Both the position numbers and the translations under genes were made by a program. Under the pieces are notes generated by a model that did no database searches, was not told the origin of the DNA, and was given only the letters and a program-made list of their open reading frames with translations. Source: a virus. Taken from it: a stretch of 16,744 bases of DNA. Where the stretch lies: IMG/VR virus record IMGVR_UViG_3300029106_000262. The stretch is one strand, 5' to 3'. Numbering within the stretch: the first letter of the stretch is position 1; each line of letters begins with the position of its first letter. Shown here in pieces: positions 9,604 through 16,744 of the stretch.

Positions 9604-10561
9604 TTATATGGAAATTTTATTAGATACGAATTTTTTGAATGAGTATAAATATGTAACGAAAGAACAATTTATATTTTTTGTTAAGATGCATATAGATAAA
9701 TTATTAAGACAAATAGAAATATCGAATTTTAATGCTATAGAGCATAATAATACAAATAATCTAGAACAAAAGATTTATGATATATTAGATTCAAGCATTA
9801 AACTATACTCTTGTGTTTTAGAGGATGAGCTAAATGAAGAAGATTTAGATAAGGTAATCTATGAATTAGTTAAAAGAAAAGTTTTTAATGATGTAATAGA
9901 TAATATAATTGTATTGGAAGAGATTGAATATTTACAAATTTATAATATAACAGAAAAATTAAAATTTATTTATTACTATTTATTAGAACTAGAAATATAT
10001 AATTATTATAGTATAGAAAGAATAAAATGGAAGAATGAAAAACAAAAACAATATGTTTCTAATAAAGTTAAGTACAGTTCATTACTTCAAAATAAAATTA
10101 AACAGGATTTTATAGATAATGGAAGTTTATCTAAGAAAGATATGTATTTGTATAATAAAACCATAGGTATTATTTCAACTTATCCAATAAAAGAGATAAT
10201 AAATAAATATAATGACAGGATTTTGACAGATGTATATAGAATTAAATATCTATTGACTCTAGAAAGCAAATTACAAAAATGTAGTGATAACAAAGTACTT
10301 GAAAAAAAGAACGAAACAATAGTAATAGAACATAAAAGCTTTTTTAAGGAATTGTTAGATAAATATAAAAAACTAATAGAAAAGAAAGATTCCAGTATCA
10401 GAAAGCTAGAAAAAGAAAATAATGTATTAAAAAAAGAAAATGATATAAAGCAAAATACAATTATTAACTATGCTAATTACATAAATGAATATAATAATTT
10501 ATCATGGATTAAGAAATTAAGCAAAATTTTTAAAAAAGATAACATAAAATTATTAAATTAA
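9593..10561 (+). CDS. Uncharacterised helical/coiled-coil protein
   Basis: ATG at 9593 overlaps the upstream stop (9601-9603), suggesting translational coupling. Lys/Glu-rich heptad-like C-terminus (KKLIEKKDSSIRKLEKENNVLKKENDIKQN). A strong terminator follows immediately. Confidence 0.7.
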   Translation: MMNNYMEILLDTNFLNEYKYVTKEQFIFFVKMHIDKLLRQIEISNFNAIEHNNTNNLEQKIYDILDSSIKLYSCVLEDELNEEDLDKVIYELVKRKVFNDVIDNIIVLEEIEYLQIYNITEKLKFIYYYLLELEIYNYYSIERIKWKNEKQKQYVSNKVKYSSLLQNKIKQDFIDNGSLSKKDMYLYNKTIGIISTYPIKEIINKYNDRILTDVYRIKYLLTLESKLQKCSDNKVLEKKNETIVIEHKSFFKELLDKYKKLIEKKDSSIRKLEKENNVLKKENDIKQNTIINYANYINEYNNLSWIKKLSKIFKKDNIKLLN

Positions 10562-10565
10562 ACAT

Positions 10566-10608
10566 AACAAAAATTCCTACTTATTTAGATAAAGTAGGAA
10601 TTTTTGTT
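10566..10608 (+). terminator. Intrinsic terminator of the cargo operon
   Basis: AACAAAAATTCCTAC (10566-10580) and GTAGGAATTTTTGTT (10594-10608) form a perfect 15-bp stem starting right after the stop codon. Confidence 0.9.
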
Positions 10609-10618
10609 ATGGCTAAAG

Positions 10619-10641
10619 AAAAACTCCATCTTACGATGGAG
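10619..10641 (-). terminator. Intrinsic terminator downstream of the high-GC ORF
   Basis: On the minus strand: CTCCATC-GTAA-GATGGAG followed by TTTTTCTTT. Confidence 0.75.
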
Positions 10642-10666
10642 AAAAGCTAGGCTTTTTTTATTAGAT

Positions 10667-11164
10667 TTATTCTCCCAACAAATAGTCGGCAAGAGTTGTG
10701 GTCTGTTTCTGACCGCTACATGAGAGCTTATGCCAAGTATCACCAAGCATCATCTCAATAGCAGCAACACGTCGACCGATTCCACAGGACAACTCCCACT
10801 GGAGACTCTCATTGGCAGTACCTTTAGCTGCCTTTACAGCCTTCAGTACTTCGATAGCCTCTGCGTCATCGGCGATGTTACCTGCGAACACGGCAACATT
10901 CCACGGTACACCAGTAGCTTTCGCCAGACGAGCAACACGTCGACCGTATGCTTTCTGTGAAGCTACAATCTTTGTGTAGTCTTCTACCTGATAGGAGTCA
11001 TAAAACTCTCCACCAGAGTAGCAGTTACCAACCACGGTGACCTGCCACTTTTCGTCGACAACGTAGACGTAGTTCCGATAGCCGGTTCCAGCCCAACGGG
11101 AGTAGGACTTGACGAACCGAACCGTCTGGAACTCGCCAAGTTCCTCGCGAAGGCGAAGAGTCAC
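10667..11164 (-). CDS. Uncharacterised protein in a compositionally foreign patch, probably 5'-truncated
   Basis: 165-aa ORF in a stretch of clearly higher GC than its surroundings. The frame stays open upstream to the junction near 11254 (NLFVLGEVEGAEKNRINAWAESHLVHTRAVTLRLREELG...), so the N-terminus is probably missing. Confidence 0.5.
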   Translation of the reverse strand: MTLRLREELGEFQTVRFVKSYSRWAGTGYRNYVYVVDEKWQVTVVGNCYSGGEFYDSYQVEDYTKIVASQKAYGRRVARLAKATGVPWNVAVFAGNIADDAEAIEVLKAVKAAKGTANESLQWELSCGIGRRVAAIEMMLGDTWHKLSCSGQKQTTTLADYLLGE

Positions 11165-11253
11165 AGCTCTGGTATGAACCAGATGGCTCTCAGCCCAAGC
11201 ATTGATGCGGTTTTTCTCCGCACCTTCGACTTCGCCGAGTACAAACAGGTTGC

Positions 11254-12461
<1,208 letters not shown>

Positions 12462-12470
12462 CTAACAAAA

Positions 12471-12511
12471 AAGAGACATCAAAGTACATACGAGTACTAT
12501 TGACATCTCTT
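12471..12511 (-). terminator. Terminator/attenuator-like hairpin just upstream of the serine recombinase RBS
   Basis: Minus strand AAGAGATGTCAATAGTACTCGTATGTACTTTGATGTCTCTT followed by a T-run, then TTAGGAGGG and the recombinase start. Confidence 0.6.
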
Positions 12512-12667
12512 AAATCCATTTATCACGTAATAAAATACAATATAATTGTAATATAATATAAATTTTTCAAAGTACTCATAAATTTATATATAGTTCTTGC
12601 TGAACAACTATACATAATTAATTGCCTATATTATATCACGATTTAAGGAAATGTCAATTTTTACAAA

Positions 12668-12937
12668 CTAAACTTTTTTCAAATATTCTTCTAATTCAGA
12701 TAAGTGGATTTTATTTACTAAATTAGAAATATAAACATCATTAGAATAATTAAAAACTAGAAATGTAATATCTTTTATAATTACTCTATGTGGCTCTATA
12801 TATGAGAGATTTGTCTTTTCTATTTTTCTAATGCTACCATTAAGAAATATAGGTTTTACTTTAGCAAACTCACATATAAATTCTAGTCTTTGTTTTAGAC
12901 TTTCCTCAAATTGTAATTCTTCTTTGATAATATTCAT
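12668..12937 (-). CDS. Small conserved protein upstream of the element 1 serine recombinase
   Basis: 89 aa with NGSIRKIEKTNLSYIEPHRVIIKD, alignable with the 94-aa protein at 16140-16424 in the equivalent position. Confidence 0.7.
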   Translation of the reverse strand: MNIIKEELQFEESLKQRLEFICEFAKVKPIFLNGSIRKIEKTNLSYIEPHRVIIKDITFLVFNYSNDVYISNLVNKIHLSELEEYLKKV

Positions 12938-13055
12938 TTTTCACACCATCCCTTCAATTTAGATTTAGGATGATTTTTTGCAAAAGAAAAAATCAACCAT
13001 TTTACTGATTGATTTTTATATCTATCTGTTCTATAAAAAGTTCGAACAGAAACGT

Positions 13056-13067
13056 TACTGGAGCGGG
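13056..13067. repeat. tRNA-Gly 3'-end repeat copy 2 (candidate shared junction of elements 1 and 2)
   Basis: CTGGAGCGGGTA; shares CTGGAGCGGGT with 6135 and TGGAGCGGGTA with 16517. Confidence 0.75.
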
Positions 13068-13216
13068 TAAGCTACAGCTTACGAACTACAATGCTCTCTT
13101 TCTAAAAACATTATATAGTAATTCCTATATTTTTTCAAGGAAGCATGGGAATTTTTTGTAATTTATAGTATAATGTAATTGTATTATTCGCTGTAATTTA
13201 TTGAAAGGAGAATAAA

Positions 13217-13621
13217 ATGATTTTTAACAAAGAGAATATTTTAAAAACACTAAATAAATATAATTTTGATTCACAAAATTATATAGTTATTAGTGGTGCA
13301 GCTTTAGTACTTCAAAATGTAAAAGAATATACATCTGATATAGATATAACTGTTTCTAATGAATTATATAACCAATTATTAAAAAAATATAGTTGCACGT
13401 TTGAAAAAGAAATTGAAAATTATAATGTTTGGTTTATTGATAATATAATAAATTTTAGTAATCATTATTATGAAAAAATAGAATATATAGAATTATTCGG
13501 ATATAAAGTACAAACAATAAAATCTGTATTAAAATTAAAAAAGCAACTTAATCGTTCAAAAGATAAAAAAGACATTCAACACATTATGGATTTTTATAAA
13601 GATACAGACGAGGTTAAATAA
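13217..13621 (+). CDS. Nucleotidyltransferase-fold protein (AbiEii/MNT-like)
   Basis: 134 aa with YIVISGAALVLQNVKEYTSDIDITVS (G-G/A...DxD nucleotidyltransferase signature). RBS AAAGGAG upstream. Confidence 0.65.
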   Translation: MIFNKENILKTLNKYNFDSQNYIVISGAALVLQNVKEYTSDIDITVSNELYNQLLKKYSCTFEKEIENYNVWFIDNIINFSNHYYEKIEYIELFGYKVQTIKSVLKLKKQLNRSKDKKDIQHIMDFYKDTDEVK

Positions 13622-13810
13622 TAAATTAACCTTGTTTTTTTCTAGTTGCAATTTTTAAAAATTAAGGGGTTTGGGGATTTTCCCCATATAAGAATTTGTA
13701 CGGGAGTATAAATTCAGTGCTGGCTAGACATTACTTTTACTCCCATATTGGTTAATATATAAAAAGAGGATTAAATTACTTTGCTAATTTTTTGCTCTTT
13801 TTTAAATTAT

Positions 13811-14164
13811 TTATATAAAAATATACTCTTTTAATATAATTTCTTCTGCTGTAATTTTATAATTATTCATAAGTTTTGCCCATTCAATATGATTTCTTTT
13901 TTTATTTTTTTCGAATAGTCTTTCATCTGATTTTTTATAACTTTCCATCAAAGTATTTAATAAATCTTCTGAACTTTTACTTACTGAAATAAGATGATTA
14001 GTAAGTTCTTCTTTCATTAAAAGTGAAGTATATAGTGCTTTTTTATATTCTTTTAAATAGGCTAATCTCATTCTTCCATATTTGTTTATAATTCCTTTTT
14101 TAGTTTCTTTTAAAGTTAAATCTGGCAATAAATAATCTCCTTGTTTTGTATAAGTTATTTCCAT
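13811..14164 (-). CDS. tnpV: TnpV-family transposon-encoded protein
   Basis: 117 aa: MEITYTKQGDYLLPDLTLKE...KYGRMRLAYLKEYKKALYTSLLM...WAKLMNNYKITAEEIILKEYI, characteristic of TnpV. The DNA at 14164 reads ATGGAAATAACTTATACAAAACAAGG only on the minus strand; the supplied track label (+) is wrong. Confidence 0.88.
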   Translation of the reverse strand: MEITYTKQGDYLLPDLTLKETKKGIINKYGRMRLAYLKEYKKALYTSLLMKEELTNHLISVSKSSEDLLNTLMESYKKSDERLFEKNKKRNHIEWAKLMNNYKITAEEIILKEYIFI

Positions 14165-14191
14165 AATAAAATCATTCCTTTCTTATTTTTA

Positions 14192-15982
14192 TTAAATATT
14201 TATAATTGTTTTTGGTATTAATAGTAGGTTATCTACTATGTTATTATCTTCAATATATGGACAATTTATAATTCCATCGTGAAAAAAATGTTGTTTTATT
14301 AGTTCCATATATAAAATCAAATCTGCTTCAGAATATTTATTATCTTCATATTTTTTTGTAGAAAATATGAAGTAATCTTGTTCTAATTTTTCTAATTCTT
14401 GCTTGTTGATTTGTTCTTTATATTTAATTCCAATTTCATTATTATTTAAAATTTCATTAAGATAATTTAAATATTCTTTATTACTTTTAGATATAAATTC
14501 ATCTGTGAATTTTATATTTTTAATTTCAATATTGTAATTTTTATCTCTTGTAATTTCTAAATTTGCTATTAATCTTTGTATTAATTCTTTCTTAGTTTTT
14601 CTATTTAAACTATCCCATAAAAATGAAAATCCTAGTTTATTTTGAAATAAAATATTGTTATCATCTTGATAATCACAATCTAATTTTTTAAGTAATTCTA
14701 CTGTATAATCTTTAAAGTCATCATCTGGATCTAGTTTGTTTTTCTTTTGGTTTAGTTTATCTATTTCTTTTTTTATTACTTCATTTTTGTGGTTAATTAC
14801 TTCAACATTTAGGGTAGAACTTAAATATAAATCTACTAACTTTTTCTCTTGTTGTTTTAATTTTTCAATAGCATTATCTATGTCTTTAATCTCTTTAGTT
14901 TTAGTAGAATTACAAACTATAATTTCATTATCTGCATCATACATATATCTAGTTAATTCATTTAAAATACGTCCTAGTTTTTGTTCTATTTTATCTGAAC
15001 TATAATGAAGTCCTTTTGATTTACAATTAGCATTTTTACAAGTCAAATGATAATAAACTTTTTCTTTTTCAGTTCCACTATTTTTAAAAGAATTAGTAGA
15101 AGAAAGTATTACACCACAATCTGGACACTTAACTATTGAAGTAAATAAATGAATATGTTCTCCATAATTAGAGTGTTTATTTTTCTCTAAATTTGCTCTT
15201 GTAACATTCCAAGTTTGTTCATCAATAATAGGTTCACAATAGTTATTAACTCTTAAAACGTCTTGTGGTTTTCTTTTATATTTTCCATATTCAAATACAC
15301 CTATATAAATAGAATTAGTTAATATTTTATAGACTCGGTCACTTCGCCATTTACCTTGTTTCAAGTATGAATTATTATCTTTCATAATACTTGCTATGTT
15401 TCTTGTAGAATGTCCTTTTTTACATAGTTCAAATATTTCTTTAACTACTTGTGCCTCAATAGGTTCTATCTCTAAATGTCCTGTTTCTTTGTTTCTAATA
15501 TAGCCATATGGTGCTTTACTAGGGTGTATTTTAGATAATGCCATTTCTTCCATAGCTCGTTTAGTTCTTGCTCCAATTTCTTTTCTTTCTCTTTGCCCAA
15601 ATACTAAATTCATTCCAAATATCATTTCACCATTAGCAGTAGATACATCATAAGGTTCTAGTATTAATTCAATTTTTACATCGTGTTGTTCACAATAATT
15701 AAGTAGCCAAAAACCATCATAATTATTTCTAGTTAATCTATCTACTTTAATTGCAACTAATTTATCTATCTTTTTAGATTTAATATCTTTTAATAATCTT
15801 TGCATTTCAGGTCTCATTAAATCTTTTCCAGAATGTCCTGCATCATTATAGACATCAACTATTAAATAGTAGTTTTTCTCACAATATTCTTTAATCATTC
15901 TTAATTGTGAATCAATAGAATAACCATTATCTCTTTGATCATCTGTGCTAACTCTTACATATACTGCACATCTATTACTCAT
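14192..15982 (-). CDS. Large serine recombinase/integrase (resolvase, recombinase and zinc-ribbon domains)
   Basis: 596 aa: CAVYVRVSTDDQRDNGYSIDSQ, VDRLTRNNYDGFWL, a GQRERKEIGARTKRA-type helix, YGYIRNKETG, VKCPDCGVILSS...C..C and a coiled coil. The ATG is at 15980-15982 on the minus strand; the track label (+) is wrong. Confidence 0.93.
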   Translation of the reverse strand: MSNRCAVYVRVSTDDQRDNGYSIDSQLRMIKEYCEKNYYLIVDVYNDAGHSGKDLMRPEMQRLLKDIKSKKIDKLVAIKVDRLTRNNYDGFWLLNYCEQHDVKIELILEPYDVSTANGEMIFGMNLVFGQRERKEIGARTKRAMEEMALSKIHPSKAPYGYIRNKETGHLEIEPIEAQVVKEIFELCKKGHSTRNIASIMKDNNSYLKQGKWRSDRVYKILTNSIYIGVFEYGKYKRKPQDVLRVNNYCEPIIDEQTWNVTRANLEKNKHSNYGEHIHLFTSIVKCPDCGVILSSTNSFKNSGTEKEKVYYHLTCKNANCKSKGLHYSSDKIEQKLGRILNELTRYMYDADNEIIVCNSTKTKEIKDIDNAIEKLKQQEKKLVDLYLSSTLNVEVINHKNEVIKKEIDKLNQKKNKLDPDDDFKDYTVELLKKLDCDYQDDNNILFQNKLGFSFLWDSLNRKTKKELIQRLIANLEITRDKNYNIEIKNIKFTDEFISKSNKEYLNYLNEILNNNEIGIKYKEQINKQELEKLEQDYFIFSTKKYEDNKYSEADLILYMELIKQHFFHDGIINCPYIEDNNIVDNLLLIPKTIINI

Positions 15983-16139
15983 AAAATCATCTCCTCACTT
16001 CTTTCCAAACTAAAACGGAAAATAACAACCAATTTTTGAAAATTTCTTTCAATTGTTTCCTAAATAGTTTTAATTTTTGCAACCCTAAACTAAAAATATC
16101 TCTCATTTGTTTCCTCTTTAAATAATAAAATTGCAGACA

Positions 16140-16424
16140 CTAATTTGATAATTTTATGATAATTTGTTTGATTTCTTTGAGATTGTATTTCTCATTATGC
16201 TCTTTAATGTAGAATGGTTTATTTCTAATCTCATTAACTTTGTATTCTAGTATTGTAAGAATAGTAGAATATGTAATTATGTACTCTATAGGTTCAACAA
16301 ATTGCAGATTTGTTTTCAGTAAGTGTTTAACTTTACCATTTTTAGTTATGTAAGTGTAGCTTTTGATGATTTCTAGAATTTCAGTATTTGGTTTTAATTC
16401 TTGTATTATTTTGAATTCAAGCAT
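16140..16424 (-). CDS. Small conserved protein upstream of the element 2 serine recombinase
   Basis: 94 aa with NGKVKHLLKTNLQFVEPIEYIITY, matching NGSIRKIEKTNLSYIEPHRVIIKD of the 89-aa ORF at 12668-12937. Confidence 0.7.
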   Translation of the reverse strand: MLEFKIIQELKPNTEILEIIKSYTYITKNGKVKHLLKTNLQFVEPIEYIITYSTILTILEYKVNEIRNKPFYIKEHNEKYNLKEIKQIIIKLSN

Positions 16425-16516
16425 AAAAAATGTTCTCCTTTCTAGAAAGAAAACATTATAGTTTTATATAAAATAAAAACTTACGATACTATATTGGTTC
16501 GTAGGTTGTTTTCAAA

Positions 16517-16590
<74 letters not shown>

Positions 16591-16744
16591 ATAACTATAT
16601 ATATTATAAGTCAAAAAATGAATAAATGCAAATATATTAAACAAATAAAATGTAAATATAGTAAAACAAATGTAGATTTAAAATAGATATGTCACAGCAA
16701 ATTGAAAAATAAAAATAGGAAATACCAAAAGTATGATAAAATGT

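Noticed and set aside
10730-10960. ORF 10730..10960 +
   Set aside because: Antisense to the longer ORF in the high-GC patch. Ser/Thr/Cys-rich translation without features.
13030-13110. A complete or degenerate tRNA at the 13057 repeat
   Set aside because: The adjacent GTAAGCTACAGCTTACGAAC resembles tRNA stems at first sight, but it is not separated as a T arm. It is better explained as an attP arm because it is inverted relative to the other end of element 2.
14736-15005. ORF 14736..15005 +
   Set aside because: Antisense to the coiled-coil region of the intact serine recombinase (MFFFWFSLSISFF...), a typical antisense artefact.

Overview
This is an AT-rich Firmicutes/Clostridia-like chromosomal segment. 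The left part (1-~6130) has a DnaB/RecA-like helicase, a frameshifted spoIVA, a TraX-family protein, a csaA remnant and hpt. The right part (~6135-16517) looks like two tandem integrative elements stacked on the 3' end of a tRNA-Gly(UCC) gene (16517-16590, minus strand). The tRNA 3'-end sequence TGGAGCGGGT recurs at 6136, 13057 and 16517. Joining the ends of each interval in silico gives an attP-like site whose arms are inverted repeats centred on that core: element 1 has AAAAAGTT...AACTTTTT, element 2 has GGTTCGTAGGTTGT...ACAGCTTACGAACT. Each element has the same tRNA-proximal module, a short ORF (89 or 94 aa) followed by a large serine recombinase. The two short ORFs share NG-x5-6-KTNL-x2-(I/V)EP-x3-II. 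Element 1 (~6.9 kb) carries an uncharacterised four-gene cluster: a duplicated-domain protein, an N-formylglutamate-amidohydrolase-like protein, a DHH-like/GNAT-like fusion and a coiled-coil protein. Its integrase is decayed, with an in-frame amber codon and a 3' end replaced by a patch of much higher GC. Element 2 (~3.5 kb) carries an AbiEii/MNT-like nucleotidyltransferase-fold protein and TnpV. The supplied ORF track labels 13811..14164 and 14192..15982 as plus, but the sequence encodes both on the minus strand. Coordinates were counted by hand and may be off by 1-2 nt.
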